Assembly (NCBI GenBank): GCA_045127215.1
Contig: JBGVPV010000067.1
Span: 272-64,271, forward strand
Direction of reading: 5' to 3'
Source: Eubacteriales bacterium
GTDB lineage: Bacteria > Bacillota > Clostridia > Oscillospirales > CAG-272
Length of the DNA stretch: 64,000 nucleotides
In this document: positions 38,664 through 47,884 of the stretch, in pieces
Layout: every line of letters begins with the position of its first letter
Numbering within the stretch: the stretch's first letter is position 1
Program-made: the position numbers and the translations under genes
The notes under the pieces: generated by a model
Seen by the model: the letters and a program-made list of their open reading frames with translations, nothing else
Database searches by the model: none
Told to the model about the DNA's origin: nothing

Positions 38664-39989
38664 ATGAAGACTTTCGGTAAGAAAAATTGGTGGATACTTA
38701 TACTTTTTGGAATTATAGGTCAGCTTGCGTGGTCGGTTGAAAACATGTATTTTAACCTCTTCGTATTCGATACTATTGCTCCCTCACTTGAGACTGTTAC
38801 GCTTATGGTACAGTGCAGCGGTATAGTGGCTACGGTTGCTACTCTCATCGCGGGCACGCTTTCGGATAAAACGGGTAACAGACGCGCGTACATTTCCTGG
38901 GGATACATAATCTGGGGTGTTACCGTTGCGTTGTTCGGCTCAATTTCAACGGAGAATATCTCAAAGATACTTGGTAGCGAGCCCGTACAGGTGGTAGGCG
39001 TTACTCTGATAATCGTTGTCGTGGCTGACTGTATTATGACACTTTTCGGCTCTACCGCAAACGATGCAAGCTTTAACGCGTGGGTTACTGATAATACCGA
39101 ATCGCATTTCCGCGGAAGCGTTGAGAGCGTACTTGCGGTTCTCCCTATGTTCGCTATGCTTATAGTTGCGGGCGGCTTTGGAATACTCGTTGAGATAATC
39201 GGTTACTCCTTGCTCTTTGCGATCCTTGGCGTTGTTATCAGCCTTTGCGGTATTCTTGGATTGTTTATGATCAAGGATAGTCCCAAGCTTGAAAAGAGCG
39301 GAACGTTTAAGGATATCTTCTTTGGCTTTAAGCCGAGCGTTATCAAGAATAACAAGCCGTTTTATCTGACCTTGGTCATCGTCATGATCTACGGTGTAGC
39401 TTGTCAGATATTTATGCCTTACCTGATCATATATATGAAGGAATATCTTAAATTCAGCGTTGTTGAATACAGCGTTGTATTTGGCGCGGCTATTATAATC
39501 GGAGCTGTGATCAACGTATTTCTCGGTAAGGTCTCCGATAAGAAGGATAAAAACACTCTCTTGTACTATGCCTCTGCAATTATGGCAATAGGGCTTTTCG
39601 GTATGTTTATGTTTAAGGACGGCGGTAAGCTGTCGCTTCTGCTTGGTTTCGGTATAGCAGGCTTTGTAATGATCACAGGATATATTTTTGTTTCCGCGCT
39701 CAGCGGATCAATAGTGCGTGACAATACCCCTGTGGGTGCGGTTGGAAAGCTGCAGGGAATCCGTATGGTATTCAGCGTGCTTATTCCCATGCTTGTCGGT
39801 CCTATGATAGGTAATGCTATAAACAAAGCAAGAAATATTCCTCTGCCTGACCTTGGTTCTGCTGACGTTATGACAACCGAGTACATTCCCGCACCCGAGA
39901 TATTCCTTGCAGGAGCCGTATGCACGTTGCTTATGTTTGCATTCATTCCCGTACTTAGTAAAATTTCCAAGGAGAAAGAAGAAAAATAA
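38664..39989 (+). CDS. MFS transporter (glycoside/cation-symporter-like)
   Basis: Start set to ATG 38664 (MKTFGKKNWW), which follows GGAGG. It has 12 predicted TM helices and LSDKTGNRR-type loop motifs. It is coupled to the GH2 gene (ATAATG overlap). Confidence 0.7.
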   Translation: MKTFGKKNWWILILFGIIGQLAWSVENMYFNLFVFDTIAPSLETVTLMVQCSGIVATVATLIAGTLSDKTGNRRAYISWGYIIWGVTVALFGSISTENISKILGSEPVQVVGVTLIIVVVADCIMTLFGSTANDASFNAWVTDNTESHFRGSVESVLAVLPMFAMLIVAGGFGILVEIIGYSLLFAILGVVISLCGILGLFMIKDSPKLEKSGTFKDIFFGFKPSVIKNNKPFYLTLVIVMIYGVACQIFMPYLIIYMKEYLKFSVVEYSVVFGAAIIIGAVINVFLGKVSDKKDKNTLLYYASAIMAIGLFGMFMFKDGGKLSLLLGFGIAGFVMITGYIFVSALSGSIVRDNTPVGAVGKLQGIRMVFSVLIPMLVGPMIGNAINKARNIPLPDLGSADVMTTEYIPAPEIFLAGAVCTLLMFAFIPVLSKISKEKEEK

Positions 39990-41719
39990 TGTTATTGAAA
40001 ACAAATTATGAAATAGGAAAGATTCCTCATTCTGAATATCCGAGACCTCAGCTCGTCAGAGATAGTTATCTCACGCTTAACGGCGAGTGGGATCTGAGTA
40101 AAAAGTGCGAGGATAACAGCATAAAAGATTACGGAAAAATATTGGTTCCGTTTTCTCCCGAGTCACAAAATAGCGGAGTAGGTGCTGACTTTACCCTTGG
40201 CGGCAAGGAAACGCTTATATATAACCGTGAATTTACGGTGGAGGAAGGATTTATCAAGGGCGCTACGGTTATCCATTTCGGAGCGGTGGACTGCAAGTGC
40301 GCGGTATATCTTAACGGCGAGCGCGTATGTGAGCACGTTGGCGGATTTACACCTTTTTCAGCGGACGTTTCCAAATATATCAAGTCGGGTGTCAATAAGA
40401 TAACCGTGGAGTGTTGGGATAATATCGAAGGATATCAGGGCGCAAGAGGTAAGCAAAGCGCAAACCCCGGTACTATCTGGTACACGCCGCAAAGCGGCAT
40501 CTGGCAGAGCGTATGGCTTGAGAGTATGCCCGAAAAATATATTACTGATATTACAGTTAAGACCGACCCAATAGCGAAGAGCGTCAGCATCGTTGACGAT
40601 TATGACGGTGAGCAAACGGTTTGCGTTTATGATAACGGTAAAGTGATATTCGAGCAGAAGTTCCACAATGCAATAGAGATAAAATATGACTTTGAAATAT
40701 GGTCGCCCGAAAATCCCAAGCTGTATGATTTTGAGATAACGACGGACAGCGGTGATAAGATCAGATCTTACTTTGGCGTTCGTTCGTTTGGCATCGGCAA
40801 GGATAAGAACGGAATTGCCCGCTTGCTTCTCAACGGAAAGCCGTACTTCTTCAACGGCCTTTTGGATCAGGGATATTGGAGCGACGGATTGCTTACTCAC
40901 CCTTGTGACCAAGCAATATTTGATGAGCTTAAGATGCTTAAGGATATGGGCTTCAATATGATAAGAAAGCATATAAAGCTCGAGCCGCTTCGTTGGTATT
41001 ATCACTGTGACAGACTCGGACTTGTCGTATGGCAGGATTTTGTCAATGGTGGTGGTGAGTACAAGTTTATGAGAATTGCCGCCGTGCCGTTCATTGGTTT
41101 AAAGCATGATGACTCCGATTACAAATACTTCAGTAGAGACGACGAGGCAGGCAGACGCGAGTATGAGGCGGCGGTTTATGAAACCGTAGGCGCGCTTAAA
41201 AACTGTACCTGTATCGGCGTTTGGGTACCCTTCAACGAGGGCTGGGGACAGTTCGATTCCGCAAAATATACTCGGCTCGTAAAGCAGCTTGACGATACGA
41301 GAGTCATCGATTCCGTCAGCGGTTGGTACGATCAGGGCGTAGGGAAGACCGAGCTTAAGAGCTTGCATACCTATTATACACCTCTTAAAGTACCTAAGGA
41401 TACTCGCCCCGTGGTGCTCAGTGAGTTCGGCGGATACTCGCTTCAGATAAAGGATCACGTATTTAGTGAGAAGATTTTTGGATATAAAGTATTCAAAACC
41501 GAAGCAGAGTTTTGCGATGCCATTGAAAAGCTTTATCTTGAAAAGCTCATGCCCCTCATATCCAAAGGATTGTGCGCGTGCGTTTATACGCAGGTGTCTG
41601 ACGTAGAGGAAGAGATAAACGGTCTCGTTACGTATGACAGAAAGCACGTTAAGATCCCTATAGAACGTATGGCGGCTATCAATAAGCGTATCGCTGAAGA
41701 ATCTGAAAAAGTAGAATAA
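39989..41719 (+). CDS. Glycoside hydrolase family 2 (beta-galactosidase/beta-glucuronidase-like)
   Basis: Sugar-binding N-domain (VYLNGERVCEHVGGFTPFSADVS). TIM barrel with NMIRKH and the acid/base motif WVPFNEGWG. 576 aa. Confidence 0.75.
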   Translation: MLLKTNYEIGKIPHSEYPRPQLVRDSYLTLNGEWDLSKKCEDNSIKDYGKILVPFSPESQNSGVGADFTLGGKETLIYNREFTVEEGFIKGATVIHFGAVDCKCAVYLNGERVCEHVGGFTPFSADVSKYIKSGVNKITVECWDNIEGYQGARGKQSANPGTIWYTPQSGIWQSVWLESMPEKYITDITVKTDPIAKSVSIVDDYDGEQTVCVYDNGKVIFEQKFHNAIEIKYDFEIWSPENPKLYDFEITTDSGDKIRSYFGVRSFGIGKDKNGIARLLLNGKPYFFNGLLDQGYWSDGLLTHPCDQAIFDELKMLKDMGFNMIRKHIKLEPLRWYYHCDRLGLVVWQDFVNGGGEYKFMRIAAVPFIGLKHDDSDYKYFSRDDEAGRREYEAAVYETVGALKNCTCIGVWVPFNEGWGQFDSAKYTRLVKQLDDTRVIDSVSGWYDQGVGKTELKSLHTYYTPLKVPKDTRPVVLSEFGGYSLQIKDHVFSEKIFGYKVFKTEAEFCDAIEKLYLEKLMPLISKGLCACVYTQVSDVEEEINGLVTYDRKHVKIPIERMAAINKRIAEESEKVE

Positions 41720-41773
41720 TTGATAAAGGAGCTGATTCATTCAGCGCAGAACAAAAACGCACTAAATAGAAAT

Positions 41774-41821
41774 AAAAAAAGCAGTTTTGGCTATGTAAAA
41801 ACGTAGTCAAAACTGTTTTTT
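41774..41821 (+). terminator. Rho-independent terminator after the GH2 gene
   Basis: cagttttggcta ... tagtcaaaactg followed by a T-run. Confidence 0.7.
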
Positions 41822-42044
41822 CGTAGGAATTTTCGAGACATAGCACTCTCTTAAATTCCATTTTTATGTGCGTTTTTTAGCCGCGCTCTCAGTCTCTGGC
41901 GTACCTTTGTATGCCGACGAGATCACGTCTTCTGCATCTTAATGACTCAGCCCTTTTTTAATTTAAATATCCTTTTCTCCCTCTGCGGCATATTATGACA
42001 ATGAGGGATTTTCCCCTTATAATTTTCAAGAGAGGTACAAAAAT

Positions 42045-42287
42045 ATGTATATGGATTTTGATTCGTCCCCTACATGCGGATGCGGCGGACGAAATACAAA
42101 CGGCTGCGGTGAGCGCAGAACGTGGGGCGTTGAAGGATATCCGCTCGCTTCTATGTATGCGCCGCTTCAGAATTTTGATAAGCTGTATGATGAGAAGACC
42201 GCGCTTAAAAAGGGAACTATATTTTCAGAATTAGATCTGCCGTTTATGGGAGAGAGTGTTTACAGAGGAGGTTGTAATCGTGGTTGA
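42045..42287 (+). CDS. cotJA: Spore coat-associated protein CotJA
   Basis: GYPLASMYAPLQNFDKLYDEKTALKKGTIFSELDLPF is the conserved CotJA core. Confidence 0.85.
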   Translation: MYMDFDSSPTCGCGGRNTNGCGERRTWGVEGYPLASMYAPLQNFDKLYDEKTALKKGTIFSELDLPFMGESVYRGGCNRG

Positions 42288-42609
42288 TAGATTTTGCGGA
42301 CGCACGGTAGCCAGAAACGCGTGCAATAAACAAGCGTGCGCGATCGCGCCTCAGAACGACTGTATGAAGCTCAAGAAACAGCTCCGTATAGTTGATTTTT
42401 CAATTATTGATACGGTTTTGTATTTGAATGCATATCCCGAGTCCAAGGAAGCTCTTAAATATTATCATAAGCTCAGAGAAGAGAGAAAGATGATAATGGA
42501 TACACTTGCCGAGAGCTGTAATACACCCGTGACACATTTTGACAATTGCGCCGAGGACAGATGGACGTGGATCGATTCACCTTGGCCCTGGCAGATCGCC
42601 GCAAACTGA
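42280..42609 (+). CDS. cotJB: Spore coat protein CotJB (start uncertain: GTG 42280 after GAGGAGG, or ATG 42364)
   Basis: LKKQLRIVDFSIIDTVLYLNAYPESKEALKYYHKL matches the CotJB helical core. Confidence 0.8.
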   Translation: MVDRFCGRTVARNACNKQACAIAPQNDCMKLKKQLRIVDFSIIDTVLYLNAYPESKEALKYYHKLREERKMIMDTLAESCNTPVTHFDNCAEDRWTWIDSPWPWQIAAN

Positions 42610-42627
42610 TGGGAGGAGGAAATATAT

Positions 42628-43050
42628 ATGTGGACATACGAGAAAAAGCTTGAATATCCTGTAAGGATCAAAACACCTAACCCTAAGCTCGCGCAGATAA
42701 TAATCACGCAGATGGGCGGACCTGACGGTGAGCTTGGCGCGTCGATGAGATATTTGCACCAGCGTTATTCCTGCCCCTACGATAAGGTCACGGGAGTACT
42801 TACGGATGTCGCTACGGAAGAGCTTGCGCATCTTGAGATGATAGCCGCGATCGTATATCAGCTCACGCGTAACCTGAGCCCTGACGAGATAGCGGGTACG
42901 CCTTTTGCGACCTATTTTGTCGATCATACCACAGGCGCTTATCCCATTGCGGCATCAGGCGTGCCGTTTGATATGAAATACGTAGGCGTTAAGGGTGATA
43001 TTCTCACAGATCTTAACGAAGACCTTGCGGCAGATGGCACGACCTTGTAA
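42628..43050 (+). pseudogene. cotJC: cotJC (manganese-catalase-family spore coat protein), truncated after ~134 codons at the ICE junction
   Basis: MWTYEKKLEYPV...GGPDGELGASMRYL...TEELAHLEM is collinear with CotJC. After ...DLNEDLAA the frame reads DGTTL-stop. Full-length CotJC is about 190 aa as I remember it. Confidence 0.75.
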
Positions 43051-43302
43051 GAACAACCTTTGAAAACGAAGTGCCGAAAGCCCTTGATTTTATTGGATTT
43101 TTTCGTTTTTGAAAGTAGTACAAGCCTTGCCGCCCTGCATACATATAAGGACAACAAACGTCTAAAATCATCAAAAATAACAAGAAAGGTGATAGGGACA
43201 AGCTGTTTCCTAAAAATCAAATAACACCGTAAAAGCGGCGTTCTTTCATTCCCTTACGGGAGATAGGACGCCGCTTTTTCTATTACAAAGGAGTGATACA
43301 CA

Positions 43303-44238
43303 ATGGCAGTTTTTCGGGTGGAGCGAAACGCGGGCTATACCGTAATGAGCAACCACCACTTACGAAACAAGGACTTGACCTTAAAGGCAAAGGGGCTGTT
43401 GTCGCAAATGCTCTCCCTACCCGAAGATTGGGACTTTACCCTTGCGGGGCTGTCGTACATCAACCGAGAAAAGATAGACGCTATCCGCGAAGCCATACGC
43501 GAGCTTGAAAAAGCGGGATATATCGTCCGATCAAGAGAACGCGACGAGAAAGGACGTTTGCGCGGTGCTGACTATGTGATCTATGAGCAACCACAACAGC
43601 CTACGTCGGATTTACCTACATTGGAAAATCCAACATTGGATAATCCTACGTTGGAAAAACCTACGTTGGAAAATCCAACGCAAATAAATAAAGATATATT
43701 AAATACTAACTTACCGAAAAAAGATAAATCAATTACGGATTTATCAAATACCGATTCCATTCCTATCCTTTCCCCGCGATTTGAAAAATCGCTGACCCCA
43801 TCACCTTTCGGGGAGGACGCGGCAGAGCCGACGGAACGGAAAGGAAAAAAAGCGGCAACAGAAAGCGCAGTAGAAATATATCGGGAGATCATCAAGGACA
43901 ATATCGACTATGATATTCTCCTACACGATAACAAATATGACAAAGACCGTATTGACGAAATTCTTGACCTCATTCTTGAAACGGTATGTACGGCAAGAAA
44001 GACGCTACGTATAGCGGGCGACGACTACCCCGCAGAGCTTGTCAAGTCAAAGTTTTTGAAGCTCAATAGCTCACATATAGAGTTTGTTTTGGATTGTATG
44101 AAGCAGAACACAACAAAGGTACGCAACATCAAGCAGTATCTACGGGCTGTTCTCTTTAACGCACCGTCCACCATAGACAACTACTATACCGCCCTTGTCG
44201 CTCACGATATGGCGGCGGGCTATTTCAAAAAAGAATAA
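43303..44238 (+). CDS. ICE-encoded winged-helix/HTH protein (replication-initiator or organiser-like; first gene of this ICE family)
   Basis: The N-terminus MAVFRVERNAGYTVMSNHHLRNKDLTLKAKGLLSQMLSLPEDWDFTLAGL is the conserved start of proteins I recall at this position in Clostridial ICEs. It contains a PTLxN pentapeptide array. Confidence 0.5.
   Translation: MAVFRVERNAGYTVMSNHHLRNKDLTLKAKGLLSQMLSLPEDWDFTLAGLSYINREKIDAIREAIRELEKAGYIVRSRERDEKGRLRGADYVIYEQPQQPTSDLPTLENPTLDNPTLEKPTLENPTQINKDILNTNLPKKDKSITDLSNTDSIPILSPRFEKSLTPSPFGEDAAEPTERKGKKAATESAVEIYREIIKDNIDYDILLHDNKYDKDRIDEILDLILETVCTARKTLRIAGDDYPAELVKSKFLKLNSSHIEFVLDCMKQNTTKVRNIKQYLRAVLFNAPSTIDNYYTALVAHDMAAGYFKKE
43615..43680 (+). repeat. 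Tandem 15-nt repeat (4.4 copies) encoding P-T-L-E/D-N/K pentapeptides
   Basis: cctacattggaaaat / ccaacattggataat / cctacgttggaaaaa / cctacgttggaaaat / ccaacg. Confidence 0.9.
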
Positions 44239-44326
44239 TCCGAGGGGGTGATACCGTATGACAAATCCGTACCGTTCGGGGGTACCGCCCTAACACAGAA
44301 ATTTACCTTGCGAAAGGAGGAACATA

Positions 44327-44803
44327 ATGCAAGACCAGGTAAACGAAAAAGTGGTAGCCGTTTCAATCAAAACAACCAAGCTGACCGCTTCCGTTCTGCA
44401 AGCGGCTATCAAGCAAGTGCTTGCGAAAATGAAAGCACAGAGGGGCAAACAGCCACGCGGCAAGCAGACCCTAAAACAGCTTATGAAGCAGAATACGGGC
44501 ATTTCAAACATTGAGATCACCGACAGCAATATTAAGGACTTTACCGCAACGGCGAAAAAGTACGGCATAGATTTCGCGCTGAAAAAAGACGCAACCGAAA
44601 ACCCGCCCCGCTATCTTGTATTTTTCAAAGGGCGCGACGCTGACGTTCTGACGGCGGCATTTAAGGAGTTTTCCGCAAAGAAGCTGACAAAGGAACAGAA
44701 GCCGTCTATCAAGAAACTGCTTGCCACAATGAAAGAAAAAGCGGCGGCGCGGAACGCACAGCGCGAGAAAGTGAACAAGAAAGATCGGGGGCTGACGCTA
44801 TGA
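44327..44803 (+). CDS. PcfB-family (DUF3801) conjugation protein
   Basis: KDFTATAKKYGIDFALKKD...PPRYLVFFKGRDADVLTAAFKEF is typical PcfB. It precedes the coupling protein with an ATGA overlap. Confidence 0.75.
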   Translation: MQDQVNEKVVAVSIKTTKLTASVLQAAIKQVLAKMKAQRGKQPRGKQTLKQLMKQNTGISNIEITDSNIKDFTATAKKYGIDFALKKDATENPPRYLVFFKGRDADVLTAAFKEFSAKKLTKEQKPSIKKLLATMKEKAAARNAQREKVNKKDRGLTL

Positions 44804-46563
44804 AAAAGAAATCAATCAAGCCTATTTTGTTAAAGCTCCCGTATCTCGCTTTTGTCTATCTCTTTGACAAGCTAACCCAAGCAATCCGTCTTTCCTTGCG
44901 GGACGACGTTATGGAAACGCTGTTAGCTATGGGCGAGGGCTTTGCAGAAGCGTTTGACACATTCGCGCCGAGCTTCCACCCCGTAGATTTGACCATCGCC
45001 GTGATCGGAACGGGGCTTATATTCCTTGTGATGTATGCACGCGGGCTTGAAGCCCGGAAGTACCGCAAAGGAATGGAATACGGCTCGGCACGTTGGGGCA
45101 ACGCCGAGGATATTGCGCCGTACATAGACCCCGTATTTGAAAATAACGTACTGCTTACCAACACCGAGCGTCTTATGATGTCAAGCCGTCCGTCCCACCC
45201 GAAATATGCAAGAAACAAAAACGTGCTTGTAGTCGGCGGTAGCGGAAGCGGTAAAACCCGCTTTTACGTCAAACCGAACTTAATGCAAATGCACAGTAGC
45301 TACGTTGTAACAGACCCGAAAGGCACCGTCCTCATTGAGTGCGGAAAAATGTTGCAGCGCGGCGGATATCGGATAAAGGTACTCAATACGATCAATTTCA
45401 AAAAATCTATGCACTATAACCCGTTTGCGTATATCCACAACGAAACCGATATTTTGAAGCTCGTAAATACCTTGATTGAGAACACCAAGGGCGACGGCGA
45501 AAAAAGCGGCGAGGATTTTTGGGTAAAAGCCGAAAAGCTCTATTACTGTGCGCTGATCGGGTATATCCATTACGAAGCCCCCGAAAGCGAAAAGAATATA
45601 TCCACCCTGCTTGATATGATTAACGCTTCCGAAGCCCGCGAGGACGACGAGGAATTTCAAAATCCCGTTGACCTTATGTTTGAGAGATTAGAGGAAAAAG
45701 ACCCTGAACACTTTGCCGTGAAGCAATACAAGAAATACAAACTCGCGGCGGGCAAAACGGCAAAATCAATCCTCATATCGTGCGGTGCGCGGCTTGCTCC
45801 CTTTGATATAAAAGAGTTGCGCGAGCTTATGGAAACCGACGAAATGGAGCTTGATACTCTCGGAGATCGTAAGACGGCGTTATTCATCATTTCAAGTGAT
45901 ACCAACAGTACCTTTGACTTTGTAAACGCGCTGATCTGCTCACAGCTTTTCAACGTACTGTGTACCAAAGCCGATGATGTGTACGGCGGGCGGCTTCCCG
46001 TTCACGTCCGCTGTCTGCTCGACGAATTTGCAAATATCAAAATCCCCGATATGCAACGTCTGATCGCGGTACTCCGAAGCCGTGAAATCTCTTGCTCCCT
46101 TGTGGTGCAATCGCAAAGTCAGCTAAAAGCCATTTACAAAGATCACGCAGATACCATTGTCGGCAACTGTGATACTATGCTGTTTCTCGGCGGCAAGGAA
46201 AAAACGACGCTCAAAGAAATCTCCGAAATCTTGGGTAAGGAAACAATCGACAGCTTTAATAAAAGCGAAAACCGAGGACGCGAGGTGTCCCACGGGCTGA
46301 ACTTCCAAAAGCTCGGTAAAGAGCTTATGACCCAAGACGAAATTGCCACAATGGACGGCAGTAAATGTATTCTGCAAGTGCGCGGTGTGCGCCCCTTTAT
46401 CTCGGATAAATTCGATATTACCGCGCACCCGAACTATAAATACCTCTCTGACTTCGACAAGAAAAACACCTTTGACCCTGAAAAGGAGTTAAAGCGTCGC
46501 CCCGCAATCGTCGGGCAAAACGAAGTCTTTGACTATTACGAAATCGACGTTAGCGAGGGCTGA
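44800..46563 (+). CDS. Type IV secretion coupling protein (VirD4/TraG-like, CD1115-type)
   Basis: Two N-terminal TM helices, Walker A VVGGSGSGKT, and Walker B-like LLDEFAN. 587 aa. Confidence 0.9.
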   Translation: MKKKSIKPILLKLPYLAFVYLFDKLTQAIRLSLRDDVMETLLAMGEGFAEAFDTFAPSFHPVDLTIAVIGTGLIFLVMYARGLEARKYRKGMEYGSARWGNAEDIAPYIDPVFENNVLLTNTERLMMSSRPSHPKYARNKNVLVVGGSGSGKTRFYVKPNLMQMHSSYVVTDPKGTVLIECGKMLQRGGYRIKVLNTINFKKSMHYNPFAYIHNETDILKLVNTLIENTKGDGEKSGEDFWVKAEKLYYCALIGYIHYEAPESEKNISTLLDMINASEAREDDEEFQNPVDLMFERLEEKDPEHFAVKQYKKYKLAAGKTAKSILISCGARLAPFDIKELRELMETDEMELDTLGDRKTALFIISSDTNSTFDFVNALICSQLFNVLCTKADDVYGGRLPVHVRCLLDEFANIKIPDMQRLIAVLRSREISCSLVVQSQSQLKAIYKDHADTIVGNCDTMLFLGGKEKTTLKEISEILGKETIDSFNKSENRGREVSHGLNFQKLGKELMTQDEIATMDGSKCILQVRGVRPFISDKFDITAHPNYKYLSDFDKKNTFDPEKELKRRPAIVGQNEVFDYYEIDVSEG

Positions 46564-46649
46564 CAGAAAGGAGGTCTATTTTGACACAAGTAAATACGGG
46601 CTATGAGGTACGCGCTCCCACTCGGCAGCGCGTAACATAGCACCCCCGC

Positions 46650-46678
46650 AACCGCCGCAGAAATACGGCGGTTTTCTT
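46650..46678 (+). terminator. Hairpin plus T-run between the coupling-protein and Maff2 genes (attenuator/terminator)
   Basis: aaccgccg, loop cagaaata, cggcggtt, then ttc. Confidence 0.5.
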
Positions 46679-46753
46679 ATATCCTAAATCAAAAACACAA
46701 AATCAAAACAATAATTTTTACAGCCGCAAAGCGGCAGAAAGTAAGGAAAATAT

Positions 46754-46972
46754 ATGTCATTTTTTACTTCGGCAGTTGGTGTACTTCAAACCCTTGTAAT
46801 CGCGCTCGGTGCAGGTCTTGCCATTTGGGGCGTTGTCAATCTTATGGAGGGCTACGGCAACGATAACCCCGGCGCAAAGTCGCAGGGTATGAAACAGCTT
46901 ATGGCGGGCGGCGGTGTTGCGCTGATCGGTCTTACCCTTGTACCGCTTCTTTCGGGACTTTTCACCGTATAA
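46754..46972 (+). CDS. Maff2-family small membrane protein
   Basis: 72 aa with 2 TM helices. LMEGYGNDNPGAKSQGMKQLMAGGG is the characteristic loop. Confidence 0.75.
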   Translation: MSFFTSAVGVLQTLVIALGAGLAIWGVVNLMEGYGNDNPGAKSQGMKQLMAGGGVALIGLTLVPLLSGLFTV

Positions 46973-46990
46973 GCCCGTAAGGTACCGCTT

Positions 46991-47860
46991 ATGAAAGGCA
47001 TACTTGACTCGATTAACGAATGGATAAGGGAAATTCTCATAGGAGCCATAAACGGTAATCTGTCAACTATGTTCGGGGACGTAAACGAAAAGGTCGGAAG
47101 CATAGCGGGCGAAGTCGGACAGACCCCGCAAGCGTGGAACGCAAGCATATTTTCTATGATACGGACGCTATCGGAGAATGTGATCGTTCCCGTTGCGGGG
47201 CTTGTCATTACCTACGTTCTTTGTTATGAGTTAATCACGATGATAACGGAAAAGAACAATATGCACGACGTTGACACGTTTATGTTTTTCAAGTGGTTTT
47301 TCAAATCGTGGGTAGCGGTCTATCTCGTTACCCACACCTTTGATATAACAATGGCGGTATTTGAGCTTGCACAGCACGTTGTAGGCGGCGCGGCGGGTGT
47401 CATTGGTGGAAACACAAGTATCAATGTCAATGCCGCGCTTTCCTCAATGCAATCACAGCTTGGCTCAATGGAGATCCCCGAACTGCTTTTGCTCGTTATG
47501 GAAACAAGCCTTGTCAGCTTATGTATGAAAATAATGTCAATTCTGATAACGGTTATTCTGTACGGGCGTATGATAGAAATTTACCTTTACTGCTCCGTCG
47601 CTCCCATTCCGTTCGCAACAATGACAAACCGCGAATGGGGACAGATCGGAAACAACTATTTGCGAAGCCTTTTTGCACTCGGTTTTCAAGGCTTCCTCAT
47701 TATGATTTGCGTGGGTATCTATGCCGTACTTGTAAACACGATGATTATAGCGAACAATCTGCACAGCGCGATATTCTCCCTCGCGTCGTACACGGTGATT
47801 CTTTGCTTCTCGCTGTTCAAGTCGGGCGCACTCGCAAAATCAATTTTTAACGCACACTAA
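46991..47860 (+). CDS. VirB6/TrbL-like T4SS channel protein (CD1112-type)
   Basis: 289 aa and polytopic. It holds the conserved position between Maff2 and PrgI. Confidence 0.7.
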   Translation: MKGILDSINEWIREILIGAINGNLSTMFGDVNEKVGSIAGEVGQTPQAWNASIFSMIRTLSENVIVPVAGLVITYVLCYELITMITEKNNMHDVDTFMFFKWFFKSWVAVYLVTHTFDITMAVFELAQHVVGGAAGVIGGNTSINVNAALSSMQSQLGSMEIPELLLLVMETSLVSLCMKIMSILITVILYGRMIEIYLYCSVAPIPFATMTNREWGQIGNNYLRSLFALGFQGFLIMICVGIYAVLVNTMIIANNLHSAIFSLASYTVILCFSLFKSGALAKSIFNAH

Positions 47861-47884
47861 CGGGCGCAGAAAGGAGGTCAGATA

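Noticed and set aside
40358-41740. Two - strand ORFs (215 and 213 aa)
   Set aside because: They are antisense to the GH2 gene.
41960-42044. GGCATATT upstream of cotJA, considered as a sigma-E -35 element
   Set aside because: The expected -10 (CATACA-T) is not present at the right spacing. Only TTATAAT is nearby. I could not support a sigma-E promoter call by eye.
43051-43302. Hairpins at the ICE left end (aaaacgaa/ttcgtttt around 43062-43112; aaaagcggcgt/acgccgctttt at 43232-43278), considered as terminal inverted repeats or att core
   Set aside because: The right end is not available for comparison, so no repeat pair can be established. The second hairpin looks like an ordinary terminator or insulator in front of the first ICE gene.
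43615-43680. Short tandem repeat that could superficially suggest a CRISPR or minisatellite
   Set aside because: The units are contiguous 15-mers with no spacers, are in frame, and lie inside a coding sequence. This is not a CRISPR array, and no cas genes are present in the window.
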